A DNA stretch of 64,000 nucleotides. Source: an uncultured virus (IMG/VR IMGVR_UViG_3300009163_000001). Lineage: Duplodnaviria; Heunggongvirae; Uroviricota; Caudoviricetes. Positions 27,828 through 39,422 of the stretch are shown in pieces. Within the stretch, counting starts at the first letter, position 1, and every line of letters starts with the position of its first letter. Location: the IMG/VR virus record IMGVR_UViG_3300009163_000001. The stretch is one strand, 5' to 3'. The position numbers and the translations under genes were made by a program. The notes under the pieces were generated by a model. It searched no databases. It was not told the DNA's origin and was given only the letters and a program-made list of their open reading frames with translations.

Positions 27828-30800
27828 TGGCTAAGCGTATCCCACAGTCTCGTCGTCAAGGTTCACCATCTGCCTCAACCAAGCTACCTATCTTTACCCT
27901 TAGTGGCGGTGTTAGTAGACAGGCTCAGTCCAAGAGACTACCAACTGAAGCACAGAACCTTGATAACGCATTGATCTCATTAGAGAGATCTTTTGAGAAG
28001 AGACCTGGGTTTGAGATTGTAACACAAAACGGATTTACTGGAGACATTAGTTATACCAATACAATCTCAGCAACAATTAGTAGGTCTGGTACAACTTGCA
28101 CTATTACTAGAGTTGGCAGTGTTCCACATGCATTAAAAACTGGTGATATTATTACTATTGATTTTGATAGTCCATCTGGACTAACAGATGGAAACTATAT
28201 TGTAACTTCATATACAACTACTACATTTACAGTAACTACAGCTGGTGGTAGTAGTGGTGCTACATGTACATATACTATTACTGATAATGTACAGTACTCA
28301 CAAAGACCAGACTTATTCCCACTTGAACACGATAACGGAACACCTAAAGATTATTGGTTCTATTGGTTTAACATAAATGAAAACAATAGATTCTTATTGG
28401 CTATTGATTATAAAGCAACTACATCTCCAGCTGTGTTAGTCTATGTATTTAGAATTAGACCAGACGGTACTTGGTCAAACGAAACAAACTACTCTAATGC
28501 CCCAATAAACACACAACAAAACACATCTATTATTAATACAGATACAAGAGCATACCTTACTTGGGGTAATGCTACAAACCAAGCTAAGGATGTACTAAAA
28601 GCAACAACAGTTGGCTCCAGTATTATTATTGTTAATACTTCAGTTAAGGCTGGATTCACTAGTACTGATAGTACATCTGGTTTACTGTTTAATTTAGACG
28701 GTACAGCTGGTAGTACAGCAGACACCAAAGGATCTAAGGTAGTCTACTACGCTGCCACACGCTATATGCAACTATCAGATAACAATTGGACACTAGCACC
28801 ACAGACCACAGCTAACGCAACAATTAGTTGGGGTGGTACTTTGGGTGTTGGTACTTCTGTTACATTAGCTACAGCTCCAACTTTACCAACTGATGTAATA
28901 CACACAGACCCTGGAGATACTGGTAAGTTAAACCCAAACACTAAGACTAAAATATTTGTACTCGGTGCGAGTAAATGGATGGTACTCAGTGGTTGGCAGT
29001 TAAACGGATTAGTTTGGACAGTTGAATCATTTGATGGTAGTTGGTCAACTGGAACAAACGCAACTACTTTATATTCTGGTTACTACCCAGAGGTAGAAGA
29101 CTTTATCTGGGGTGATGCCAGTGAACCTTGGTATGGTCAATCGCTTGCTGACTTCAGCGAGATTAGATTTCCACCAGAGTGGGCAGAAGTAACTGGAAAC
29201 AACGGATTATCATACAGTAGCGGTAATAATTCTTATACAGAATTTGGAGCAAGAACAATGTTACTTGCTTTGTATGGATCTATTGCTGGTGGTTCTACAA
29301 ATGGTGCTGGTAAGATATATTATACAGCATCACCTTATCTTAATTTTGGTAGTGGATACTATAGAATTATATCTTCATCATCTAAACCATATACTAAAAA
29401 AGTAAGATCACCAGATTCATTTTCAGTAATAGATGCTAGAAGAATGCCACAAAAGATTTCTTTTAATTCAGCTGTGTCTCCATCGTGGACAGCTAATCCA
29501 ATTGATTGGGAACCACGAACATCTGGTAATCGTTATTCAAACCCAGGACCAAGTATATTTTTATCTACTGATAAACTAACACCAAGACAAATCAGCATTA
29601 AAGCAATCTCAACATTTCGAGATCGACTCTACTTTGCGGCTGAGGATGTTGTGTTTACTAGTCAGTTAGGTGTCTATGAAGATTTGTTCCTATCTGATCC
29701 TAGTAATATTGTTGCTACTGATCCTATTGATATACGAGCATCATCTAACACCTTCAGTGAGATTACCTCACTAACTCCATTTAACACATACCTATTTATT
29801 AATACTCTTGGTAATGTTCAGTATGAACTAAAAGGAACACAGAACGAAATTACTCCGCTTACAGCAGAGATCTCACCAACGGCATTCTACGGTACATCTA
29901 AGTTTTTAGAACCACAGTTACTTGGGTCACTGATCTATTTCTTAGACTCATCTAAACTGTACCTATACTTTAGTTCAGAGTCTACTAGCCTTGCGGTTGC
30001 TCAGGAGCTTACAGTTACCTGTGCGGATTATTTACCTAGTTCAATGAAGCAAGTATGTACAGCACCATCTCAAAACTCTATTGCAATGATTGATAATGTA
30101 AATCAAAATTATATTTATTTTCATATATCTAGGTTTGCTGGAGATCGTAATTTACAGAACGCATTCTTTAGGTATATCTTAAATTCAAATGATATAGTTA
30201 TGTCAAATCAAAGTTATGATGATTATATTTATTCAGTTATAGCTAGACCAACAGCACAAAATACAACAAGTAGCCCTGTTGATATCGGTACAGCTGCAAC
30301 TGGTGGTGCTACTCAAACTAAAAGATATACACTAGAAAGAACATACATGAGATCTTTAGATGAAAATATTCCTAGATTAGATCGTATGTTTAAATTAATA
30401 TTAACAGCTAATAATTCTTCTTATGATGCTTCAGTTAATCAAACTACTATTAAAATACCAACCTCATTTAATTATTTAGATACATCTAAAATTCAATTGA
30501 TTACAAACAGTACTTGGTTTGACGATGCTGCGGGTAACAGAGTATATGAGCTTGCTTCTCCAATTGCTTACTCAACTAAAAATAAATATATTGAATTAGT
30601 ATTTTCTGGTAGGTTTGTTCCAGCTGTTGGAAATCCATTAGTTGTTACATATGATGGGATAAGATCAGTTTATATTGGAATTAAGTTTAGAATGGAAGTT
30701 GAATTATCTAATCAATTTGTTCGTGACCAAAACAATAATCCAATTGACGGTGTATTAAGTCTTCGCACTATAACAACTAGGCATAAAAAAACTGGAAACT

Positions 30801-31054
30801 ATGATATTGAGGTTTCAAATAGAGGAAGAGCTTCTGTTATTTCTTCTTTCACTAATCAGGGCATTGATACTTATGAAGATATTTTAAATATAAATAAGAT
30901 TATTGAAGAAGAGGGTGAGTTTATGACAAGTGTTCTAGGTTTCTCAGATTCGGTAAGTATTAAAATTGCCTCAGAATATCCAACACCGTGTAATATTGTT
31001 AATCTAGAAATCAAGGGTAAGTTTATTCAAAAGTATTCTGCCCTTACAACATAA
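27827..31054 (+). CDS. tail tubular protein B / nozzle (gp12-like) with insertions
   Basis: LSGGVSRQ, KRPG, W.PR.SG...SNP.PS, FRDRL, DPIDI. Confidence 0.92.
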   Translation: MAKRIPQSRRQGSPSASTKLPIFTLSGGVSRQAQSKRLPTEAQNLDNALISLERSFEKRPGFEIVTQNGFTGDISYTNTISATISRSGTTCTITRVGSVPHALKTGDIITIDFDSPSGLTDGNYIVTSYTTTTFTVTTAGGSSGATCTYTITDNVQYSQRPDLFPLEHDNGTPKDYWFYWFNINENNRFLLAIDYKATTSPAVLVYVFRIRPDGTWSNETNYSNAPINTQQNTSIINTDTRAYLTWGNATNQAKDVLKATTVGSSIIIVNTSVKAGFTSTDSTSGLLFNLDGTAGSTADTKGSKVVYYAATRYMQLSDNNWTLAPQTTANATISWGGTLGVGTSVTLATAPTLPTDVIHTDPGDTGKLNPNTKTKIFVLGASKWMVLSGWQLNGLVWTVESFDGSWSTGTNATTLYSGYYPEVEDFIWGDASEPWYGQSLADFSEIRFPPEWAEVTGNNGLSYSSGNNSYTEFGARTMLLALYGSIAGGSTNGAGKIYYTASPYLNFGSGYYRIISSSSKPYTKKVRSPDSFSVIDARRMPQKISFNSAVSPSWTANPIDWEPRTSGNRYSNPGPSIFLSTDKLTPRQISIKAISTFRDRLYFAAEDVVFTSQLGVYEDLFLSDPSNIVATDPIDIRASSNTFSEITSLTPFNTYLFINTLGNVQYELKGTQNEITPLTAEISPTAFYGTSKFLEPQLLGSLIYFLDSSKLYLYFSSESTSLAVAQELTVTCADYLPSSMKQVCTAPSQNSIAMIDNVNQNYIYFHISRFAGDRNLQNAFFRYILNSNDIVMSNQSYDDYIYSVIARPTAQNTTSSPVDIGTAATGGATQTKRYTLERTYMRSLDENIPRLDRMFKLILTANNSSYDASVNQTTIKIPTSFNYLDTSKIQLITNSTWFDDAAGNRVYELASPIAYSTKNKYIELVFSGRFVPAVGNPLVVTYDGIRSVYIGIKFRMEVELSNQFVRDQNNNPIDGVLSLRTITTRHKKTGNYDIEVSNRGRASVISSFTNQGIDTYEDILNINKIIEEEGEFMTSVLGFSDSVSIKIASEYPTPCNIVNLEIKGKFIQKYSALTT

Positions 31055-31068
31055 TAGGAATATAAATA

Positions 31069-34000
31069 ATGCCAACAACTTATAGCAATGTTATTGCAAC
31101 TACGAGTCAAGTTAATATTGTAACCAGCAGAGAAAATATACCGTATAGTACCATAACTTTAGTGGCTGGTATTGACCATAAACAACAACTAGAAGTTGAA
31201 AGAATATTTCAATATGATCGTAACGGTTTAGAATCTGGTGCATTAGAAATTAAAAGATTTCTTGAAGACCCATTAGTTAATGTTGAAGACAAACGAAATT
31301 TATTTATTATTCCAACTAGTTATATATCATATAACGCTGGCTCTACACAACTTACAATTGCTGATTTGGGATCTACAACATATAATTATACAGCATCTGG
31401 TTATACAATTCCAGTACCAGCTATTTCTAATGGCAATAAAGTTACAATCAGAAGAAAAACAATCAGTAATACTCCACTTGTAACTTGGTCTGCTGGTACT
31501 AAACTTACTAGTAATCAACTTAACTTAATGACAACTCAATTACTATATCTTCAACAAGAAGTTCTTGATAGAGTATATTACCAAGCTATTCTAAGCGGAG
31601 ACTCTGTAACCGCTCTCAACTCCAATAGTGTAAGTGAAGAAAAACTAACAGCAAACTCAGTATCTACAGCTAAAATACAAAACCTAGCTGTTACAAACGA
31701 TAAGATTGCACTTGGTGGAATTACATATGATCGTATTAATACAACAGATAGTCCTTGGGCTGTTGACTTAGGAACAACTCAAGCAATTACTGGATATAAA
31801 ACATTCTCTAGTTTAAGAATTAATAGTGATTTTGTTTTTAATCAAGGCTTACCAAGTCCAGCCGCTGGTGATCAATATATCCTAGCCTATAATGGTGATG
31901 GTGTTGGTGGTATAGCGTGGGCTTTAAATAATCCTTGGAATAACTTACCAGCTTATGTTTTAAGAACTGATACTAATCAAACTATTACTGGAAACAAAAC
32001 ATTTGGTAGTGCAACCACAACAGATATCCAAGGCATTCTTAAAATCAGCGGTCAAACACCAACAACAGGTAAAGCACTAACTGCTATAGATGGTACAGGC
32101 GCAACTACATGGTCACCAGTTGTTACTGGTATTTACACACCAGATGGACCAGTTAAAACTTTAAAGACTGGTGGAACGGTAGAAATATCACCAGCAAGTA
32201 TAGGCGCATTAAGTCTTACTGGTGGTACAATTACTGGTAATGTGTACTTTAATGCTAATGTAGATCTTGGTGATAGTATTGCAGATGATATTACCGTAAA
32301 TGGAACATTTAAATACAGACCTGGGAATGTTGACCCAGCTGCTGGTAAAATATTAATGACGAGTAGTGAAGGAACAATAGCACTTAACTCAATACCACCA
32401 ATTGGTGTTATGGCTATTACTATGGGTGGAAATACAGAAACTTCTAATACTGTTATTATCACCCCAGCAAAAATACAGGCATTAAGTTTAGTAGATACAG
32501 CAGTACAAACAATAGCTGGTCCTGTTACATTTACTAATAGTTTAACTATTGGTGATAACGCAGCAGTAGATAACTTAACTGTAGGGGCTGTTCTAAAGTA
32601 TACACCGACAGTAGCAACTGATGGAACACAAGCTGGTAGAGTATTAACCTCAGATTCTATTGGCAAGGCGCAGTGGTCACCAGTTCCTCCAACTGGAATT
32701 GTTAGCCTTACTCTTGGCAGCAGCGCAGCTAACTATGGTCCAGATGTAACTATTACTTCAGCATCTATAGGAGCGGTTACACAAACCACAAATGAAACTA
32801 TTACTGGTACTAAAACATTTACAAACGGTATAAGTATTGGATCTTCACTTTATTATACGGCTGGTACTTTAGCTAATGGTAAAGTATTAACTTCTAATGC
32901 TAGTGGATTAGCTTCTTGGCAACCTATTGGTAATATAGGTATCATGTCTATTAACATGGGAGGAACTGTTGAAACAACAGCAGATGTTACGATAACTCCA
33001 GCTAAAATACAAGCATTAAGTTTAGTAAGTACAGCTGATCAATCAGTAGCTGGACCAACTACATTTAGTGGTAATTTAAATATAGGTGCTTCTAGTAGTA
33101 ATACTATAAATATATCTTCAACATTAAAGTATTTACCATCGGTTAGTGGTAGTGGTCAAGCTGGTAAGGTATTAACTTCAGATTCTGTTGGAAATGTACA
33201 ATGGGCTGCTGTCCCAGCAACTGGTATTGTTGCTTTAACTTTAGGAAGTAACGCAATTGATTACGGTCCAAATATAACTATTACTCCAGCATCTATAGGT
33301 GCATTAACTATTAGTACTGCTGAGAATATTACTGGTATTAAAACATTTACGAATGGTTTTATTAGTAGTGGTGGTTTTAAATATACAAATGGAAACTACG
33401 GTAGTGGAAAAGTATTAACCTCAGATTCTCTTGGTAATGCGTCTTGGTCTACACCGTCTGCTACTGGTATTACTACTATTACTATGGGAGGAACACCAGA
33501 AACTACATCTACTGTAGAAATTACAGCAGATAAAATTAACGCAGTATCTATTGGAACTAATCAAACTATTACTGGAAATAAAACCTTTAGTGGTAATACC
33601 GTTATTGGAGATAATTATACAGATACTGTGGTAATCAATGGGTCTTTAACCTATCTCCCAACAGGACAATCAGCACCAACTAGTGGAATGGTACTAATGG
33701 CTAATGGTTCAACAGGGTCTCTGTCGTGGCAGAATCCAGACCTTACTAGTGTTGCTGTTACATCTTTCAACGGTGTAACAGGACCAATTAATGTTACCAT
33801 ACCAACAGAAGCTGGAGTAATTGCGGCAATACCAACAGCTAGTAGTACAGTTAGGGGTCTTGTTCAAGTAGCTTCTGGTACTGGCGGGTTGCGTATGGTT
33901 GGTAATGTATTATCTATTGATCCAGCACAAGCAAGTACTTTACCAATGGCTTCAGCTTCAGTTCTTGGTGGTATCAAATTAGGATCTGGCTTAACTATTA

Positions 34001-37000
34001 ATACAACAAGCGGTGTAGTTAGTGTTGATGGGTATACTGCTGGGTCAACCTCTGTTAATTCATTTGCTGGGGCAAACGGCACAGCAAGAACAGGCGCAGT
34101 AACCGCAGCGGCTGGTGACTATACAGCCACACCATCTCAAGGAACTTCAGTTACTAACGCAGTAGATACTATTACAGCACAGAATATTACAGCAATTAAA
34201 ACATTTAATGCCAATCAAATTGTAACAGCTGACGCTAGTCCTGGAGTTGGTGGGTCTGGTAAATCAGGTATTCAATTAAATACCACGGGTCAGATTACCG
34301 CACAAAGAGCTGCTTCAGCTAGTTCTGTATTTGAGGGATATTCTCAAGGTGGTGTAAAAACATCTTATATTGATGGGTTTGGAAATTCTTTCTTTAGTGG
34401 AACTGTATCAGCAGACTTAGGCTTTGTTACTACAGGTGGAGTAACGCTGGGTGATACTACAACTGATAGTATTATTTTAAACGGAACAATTAGAATCCCA
34501 CCAAACGCTGCTGTTGATCATGTACTAACATGTACTGTTGGTACAGCTTCTAATGCTGTTGTTGTTGGTTCTATTAGTGGTACTACTCTTACTGTAACTA
34601 GTGTAACTAGTGGCACTCTTCTTGTTGGTATGACAATTACAGGTACTGGTATTGCTGTTCTTACAAAAATAACAGCTGGAACTTCTAGTCCCTACACAGT
34701 TAATAAAAGTCAAACAGTTAGTAGCACAACTATTACTGGTATTAGTGCAACATCGGGAACGGCTGAGTGGAAAGTACCAGCAAATGCACCTGTCTCTTCT
34801 GTTAATTCTTTAACAGGTGCTGTTAAAATAACAACAGAAAACATATTTGATAGTGGAGGAACAACAGCTACTCCAGTTGTAACTAGGGGTGGTACTGAAA
34901 CCATTACTGGTGCAAAGACATTTGATGCTGGTACTACTACATTTAATAACAATGTAATTCTTGGTAGTAGCTATGCTGATATTGTTACAATAAACGCACT
35001 AACAAAAATACCACAAAGTGCTGCTGTTGATAGTATATTAATGTGTTCAAATGTAGATGGAAGTGCTGGGTGGCAAGCTAAAACACTGGTTACTTCTGTT
35101 AATAGCACATCACCAACAAGTGGAAATGTAAATATAACTCTTGGTAGTTTGGGTGGAGCATCTCTAACCGCTAACAATACATTTAGTGGAACACAAACAA
35201 TTAATGCTGATGCTTCATTTACTGCTAATACAACTATTGGTGATACTTCTGCTGATATTTGTTTAATACCATCTACTCTAAAGCTTACTGGAACAACACC
35301 AACAGTTGGTAAGTATCTAACATGCTCTAATGTAGATGGTACTGCTGGTTGGTCTACATTGCCTGTATTTGTTTCAACTATAAATGGATCTGGTCCAACA
35401 AGTGGAAACTTTGTAGTAAGTACTTCTACTCTTGGAGCAGTTGATTTAACTACAGCCCAAACTATAAACGGTAATAAAACTTTTGGTGGGACTTCTTCTT
35501 TTACCTCAGATGTTACAATAGGAGATGCTGGTACAGATATCCTAACAGTTAATTCACAATTTAAATTATTAAACGCTGGTCATGCATCAGGTAAAATATT
35601 AACAAGTGATGCTAGTGGTGTTGGAACATGGACTACTAAGACAATTGTATCCTCAGTAAACAATACTCCCCCAGATGGAAACGGTAATGTGGTTCTAGAA
35701 TTAGCTAGTATTAGTGGTGCTTCTACAGTAGCAGCTAATACTTTTTCAGCGGCACAGACATTTAGTAGTACAGTAAATGTCACTGGAAACACAGTTTTAG
35801 GTGATGCTGCTTCTGATACTTTAACTATTGGTGCTACATTAAAATATACCGCAGCTGGGTATGCTCTTGGTAAATATCTAACAAGTTCTGCTGATGGAAC
35901 AGCTGGTTGGACTAGCTTACCACTATTTGTAAAGACTATAAATTCAACAACACCAAACGCTACTACTGGAAATTTTGTTATAGATACAAGTACTCTTGGT
36001 GCTGTAGATTTAACTACTGCACAAAACATAACTGGAACTAAAACATTTACTGCTGCTACTACAGGTCTTATAGTTACCCACGCTGCAATATTTAACGGTG
36101 ATGTAACACTTGGAACTAATCAAACAAATACAATTACTATAAATTCAATATTGAATGCGGGTGGTGGCTTGGGTCAGGCTGGAGCAAACAAAGTATTAAC
36201 ATCAGATGGTGCTGGTCAAATTCAATTACAAAATCCACTTGTAAGCAGTGTTAGAGGATCAGCAGAAGCAACTGGTAAAATTGGTGATGTTGTTCTTTCA
36301 GCAGCTAATGTTGGTGCTGCAAGTATAGCAGAACTAGCAACTACGAATGCTAATGTTACAACAGCACAGTCTACTGCAACAGCCGCAGCCTCAGCCGCAG
36401 CTACTGCACAGTCTACCGCTAATGGAAAACTAAGTACTGTTAGTACACAAACAACAACAGTTGATAGCATAGTTTATACAACACTTACTGGAAGTGGTAC
36501 AGCTGGGTCTCCACTCGGTGTGCTTCGTGCGCCACCATGCGGAACAGCTAGTGGTGACCTTACTGGTACATACCCATCTCCAACAGTTGGTACTAATAAA
36601 ATAACATATGAAAAAATGCAACAAGTATCCTCTGCTGGTATGCTTCTTGGTGGACCAAGAACAGCTGCTGGTAATATTGTTGAGATTGGTATTGGTACTG
36701 GGCTTGCTTTTAATACAACTACTAATGTATTAGATTGTACTATTGCAAGCGCAACAGTTTTATTATCAAACGGTGGGTCAACAACACCACAGCAGTGGAC
36801 TGGTTATAATAGGTTTGTTAATGCAACAGTATTTGGCTCATCAATATCAGCAGGATCTATTACTGGTACTTCTATTGGTGTTACTAATGGTGGTATCACC
36901 ACAACAGGCACTAGTGGAACTATTTCTTCATCGGCAGGAATAACTGCGGGTACTGGTCTTACTGTTGCTGCTGGTGGTATTGGTGTTACTGGTGGTATTA

Positions 37001-37941
37001 CAGTTACTACTGGAGAAGTAGCAATTAATTCTACAACTGCGTCTACTACAACAGCCACTGGTGCTTTAAGAGTATCTGGTGGTGTTGGTATTGCTGGTAA
37101 TGCTAATATTGGTGGTAACGCTTCTATTACTGGTACTACTTATAATGGTGGTGCTGCTACTTTTAATAGTACTGCTACTTTTAATAGTACTATATCTGTT
37201 GGTGGTAAAACAATAAGTGGACCTACAACAACTTATGGGTCTATATCGGTAGGGGGTGCTAATAATGGTTATTCTGGCATACAGTTTCCTGAGACTGTTG
37301 GTGGTAGAACACTTATGGTTCGTGCTTCAGATGGGTTGTCTGGCGTTTTTGATACTACCAATAGTAAATGGGATTGGTATTTTACTACTGGTACTGGTAC
37401 TGGTACTTTGGCAGATGGTTCTCTTGCTGGTGGAGCTTTGACACAAGGTACTGTCCCAGTTGGTAGAATTACTGGAGTGCTTCCAGTTGCTAATGGTGGT
37501 ACTGGTAGTAGTACTGCTACTAGCGGTCCTCAGTTTGTAGTAATGACTAGTGTCACTATGCCCGCAACAACAGGAGGAACTACAACACAAAATATTACAC
37601 TAATTCCTTCTGGTACAGTTATAACTTTAACATTAGTAACCAACAATGCTGGTTGGGCGGGTAATAATTCTTATGCACTATCTGGATATGTAAGTTCTGG
37701 TAAATTATATCTATATAACCCAAATGAACTTACTCCTTATTATTCGTATACAGGAACAAACAACACTATTTCAAAAACATATATAGGAACATCCGATGGC
37801 GCAAATTATTTATTTGGTGTAGGAAACAGTAATAATCTTACTATTACTGGAAATCTTGCAAAATGGGGTATAGGGCAACAAACCGCTGTTGCTGGACAAA
37901 TTAATTATGCAACAAATTATATGGGATATTGGACTCCATAA
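31069..37941 (+). CDS. long repetitive tail fibre (2290 aa) with gp17-like N-terminal adaptor
   Basis: VTIRRKT...LVTW.AGT.LT..QLN....QLLYLQQE; many T.QTITG.KTF and [10 protein letters not shown] repeats. Confidence 0.9.
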   Translation: MPTTYSNVIATTSQVNIVTSRENIPYSTITLVAGIDHKQQLEVERIFQYDRNGLESGALEIKRFLEDPLVNVEDKRNLFIIPTSYISYNAGSTQLTIADLGSTTYNYTASGYTIPVPAISNGNKVTIRRKTISNTPLVTWSAGTKLTSNQLNLMTTQLLYLQQEVLDRVYYQAILSGDSVTALNSNSVSEEKLTANSVSTAKIQNLAVTNDKIALGGITYDRINTTDSPWAVDLGTTQAITGYKTFSSLRINSDFVFNQGLPSPAAGDQYILAYNGDGVGGIAWALNNPWNNLPAYVLRTDTNQTITGNKTFGSATTTDIQGILKISGQTPTTGKALTAIDGTGATTWSPVVTGIYTPDGPVKTLKTGGTVEISPASIGALSLTGGTITGNVYFNANVDLGDSIADDITVNGTFKYRPGNVDPAAGKILMTSSEGTIALNSIPPIGVMAITMGGNTETSNTVIITPAKIQALSLVDTAVQTIAGPVTFTNSLTIGDNAAVDNLTVGAVLKYTPTVATDGTQAGRVLTSDSIGKAQWSPVPPTGIVSLTLGSSAANYGPDVTITSASIGAVTQTTNETITGTKTFTNGISIGSSLYYTAGTLANGKVLTSNASGLASWQPIGNIGIMSINMGGTVETTADVTITPAKIQALSLVSTADQSVAGPTTFSGNLNIGASSSNTINISSTLKYLPSVSGSGQAGKVLTSDSVGNVQWAAVPATGIVALTLGSNAIDYGPNITITPASIGALTISTAENITGIKTFTNGFISSGGFKYTNGNYGSGKVLTSDSLGNASWSTPSATGITTITMGGTPETTSTVEITADKINAVSIGTNQTITGNKTFSGNTVIGDNYTDTVVINGSLTYLPTGQSAPTSGMVLMANGSTGSLSWQNPDLTSVAVTSFNGVTGPINVTIPTEAGVIAAIPTASSTVRGLVQVASGTGGLRMVGNVLSIDPAQASTLPMASASVLGGIKLGSGLTINTTSGVVSVDGYTAGSTSVNSFAGANGTARTGAVTAAAGDYTATPSQGTSVTNAVDTITAQNITAIKTFNANQIVTADASPGVGGSGKSGIQLNTTGQITAQRAASASSVFEGYSQGGVKTSYIDGFGNSFFSGTVSADLGFVTTGGVTLGDTTTDSIILNGTIRIPPNAAVDHVLTCTVGTASNAVVVGSISGTTLTVTSVTSGTLLVGMTITGTGIAVLTKITAGTSSPYTVNKSQTVSSTTITGISATSGTAEWKVPANAPVSSVNSLTGAVKITTENIFDSGGTTATPVVTRGGTETITGAKTFDAGTTTFNNNVILGSSYADIVTINALTKIPQSAAVDSILMCSNVDGSAGWQAKTLVTSVNSTSPTSGNVNITLGSLGGASLTANNTFSGTQTINADASFTANTTIGDTSADICLIPSTLKLTGTTPTVGKYLTCSNVDGTAGWSTLPVFVSTINGSGPTSGNFVVSTSTLGAVDLTTAQTINGNKTFGGTSSFTSDVTIGDAGTDILTVNSQFKLLNAGHASGKILTSDASGVGTWTTKTIVSSVNNTPPDGNGNVVLELASISGASTVAANTFSAAQTFSSTVNVTGNTVLGDAASDTLTIGATLKYTAAGYALGKYLTSSADGTAGWTSLPLFVKTINSTTPNATTGNFVIDTSTLGAVDLTTAQNITGTKTFTAATTGLIVTHAAIFNGDVTLGTNQTNTITINSILNAGGGLGQAGANKVLTSDGAGQIQLQNPLVSSVRGSAEATGKIGDVVLSAANVGAASIAELATTNANVTTAQSTATAAASAAATAQSTANGKLSTVSTQTTTVDSIVYTTLTGSGTAGSPLGVLRAPPCGTASGDLTGTYPSPTVGTNKITYEKMQQVSSAGMLLGGPRTAAGNIVEIGIGTGLAFNTTTNVLDCTIASATVLLSNGGSTTPQQWTGYNRFVNATVFGSSISAGSITGTSIGVTNGGITTTGTSGTISSSAGITAGTGLTVAAGGIGVTGGITVTTGEVAINSTTASTTTATGALRVSGGVGIAGNANIGGNASITGTTYNGGAATFNSTATFNSTISVGGKTISGPTTTYGSISVGGANNGYSGIQFPETVGGRTLMVRASDGLSGVFDTTNSKWDWYFTTGTGTGTLADGSLAGGALTQGTVPVGRITGVLPVANGGTGSSTATSGPQFVVMTSVTMPATTGGTTTQNITLIPSGTVITLTLVTNNAGWAGNNSYALSGYVSSGKLYLYNPNELTPYYSYTGTNNTISKTYIGTSDGANYLFGVGNSNNLTITGNLAKWGIGQQTAVAGQINYATNYMGYWTP

Positions 37942-37964
37942 TACTTTAAAAGAAAGAAAATCAA

Positions 37965-38240
37965 ATGCCACCACAAAGACAACAAATACTATTCTTAATT
38001 ATTTCTAGTTTACAACTTGTTGCCTTAATCGGCGGCATTGCAGCTGGATTTGTTTACATGGGTAGACGAGATGCTATGATAGACTATAGCATGAGAGATC
38101 TTGAAACCCTTAAGGGTATCGTGCAAGATCTAACCAAAGCACAGGTCGTCAGCGTAAGCAACGATTCGTTCTATTCAACAGCTCTTATAGAGATTAAATC
38201 TAGGTTAACCAAACTAGAAGATAAACAGGCTATGCGATGA
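37965..38240 (+). CDS. single-TM coiled-coil protein (holin-like candidate)
   Basis: N-terminal hydrophobic helix; C-terminal IKSRLTKLE. Confidence 0.55.
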   Translation: MPPQRQQILFLIISSLQLVALIGGIAAGFVYMGRRDAMIDYSMRDLETLKGIVQDLTKAQVVSVSNDSFYSTALIEIKSRLTKLEDKQAMR

Positions 38241-38713
38241 AGTACCTATGGTTATTTCTGTTATTCGGATGTTCAGCCGTTAAGGAAATATCAACGAGTA
38301 ACCATATCATACAAGAGAACGCAATGGCTATTATCGACACAAGAGATATCTCTGTAGCCCACAAACATGCTGAGGCTATATTAGGTGAAACTAAGGATAT
38401 CTCTGGTGCTGTTGGTGAGGTGGCAGACATAACTCCTTGGTGGGCTAATCTACTTAAGTACGGATTTATATCCATCAGTGGTATCGCTGTGGTGGTAATA
38501 CTCTGGCAGACTGGCTTGGGTACTGTGATTAGGTTAGCCGTTGGTTGGTTACCTGTTCGTAAAGTTAACGAAGCTAAGCTTGCGGTCAGTGCTTTAAATG
38601 ACAAAGACCCAGTAACAATGAGAGAATACATAGCAGCTAAGAGATCGTCAGATCCTATGTTTGATGCTGCGTGGAAGAAGGAGGTTGACAATGCCAGGAA
38701 GACGACCAATTGA
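38237..38713 (+). CDS. lipoprotein with internal TM helix (spanin candidate)
   Basis: MKYLWLFLLFG|CS lipobox; TM segment GFISISGIAVVVILW. Confidence 0.55.
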   Translation: MKYLWLFLLFGCSAVKEISTSNHIIQENAMAIIDTRDISVAHKHAEAILGETKDISGAVGEVADITPWWANLLKYGFISISGIAVVVILWQTGLGTVIRLAVGWLPVRKVNEAKLAVSALNDKDPVTMREYIAAKRSSDPMFDAAWKKEVDNARKTTN

Positions 38714-39422
38714 TGTTAGTCAGTTCTCAGCAGATAAATCAAATTTAAAATCTAGTTTATCACCAAAAAATAATAATAGCATTGCCCTTAAGACATTGGG
38801 TTTATCTCAGTTTTACGCAACAACATCATTACAATTGTTAAATATTATTACAGACCCAAGTGGAACTGGTAACCTAGTATTCAACACAAATCCATTATTG
38901 ACATCCCCACAAATTGGTACTAATAATTCTGTTATATTAACATCAGATGTAGTAACTGGTTCAACAACAGCTAATCAAATCTTAATGCAATTTCCTATGT
39001 ATGATATTGATAACCCAACTCCAGTCTATGGAACAGCTGATATATTAATACAAGTTGATGTTGGTACATTGACAACATTAGCTAGTTATACACAGAACAT
39101 AGTACAAAAAAGAGTTACTAAAATCTTAGCTTTATTTGATAACGATACTAATAATTTAGACGATCCATCACCAGCTGTTGGTGGTCAAGATAGACAAGTA
39201 TACCTTATAGAATATGCCACAGTAAACAGTTCTGGTTATAATTCAATAAGTAGTATTGGAACATTTGATATTATAAAAAATACTGGTAATTTAACTTTTG
39301 ATCTTGTAGTTACTCCAGCCTCAAATAAATATATGAAGTACAGGGTTATAGCTACTTGTGTAATATCAAGTGACTTTGATTTTAAATTTCCAGTAACAGA
39401 AACACCAGCGGAGTCAGCATGA
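38691..39422 (+). CDS. putative tail-fibre-associated structural protein
   Basis: AAGGAGGT SD; LSQF.ATTS.QL...I.D..GTG.LVF...P motif typical of fibre proteins. Confidence 0.65.
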   Translation: MPGRRPIDVSQFSADKSNLKSSLSPKNNNSIALKTLGLSQFYATTSLQLLNIITDPSGTGNLVFNTNPLLTSPQIGTNNSVILTSDVVTGSTTANQILMQFPMYDIDNPTPVYGTADILIQVDVGTLTTLASYTQNIVQKRVTKILALFDNDTNNLDDPSPAVGGQDRQVYLIEYATVNSSGYNSISSIGTFDIIKNTGNLTFDLVVTPASNKYMKYRVIATCVISSDFDFKFPVTETPAESA

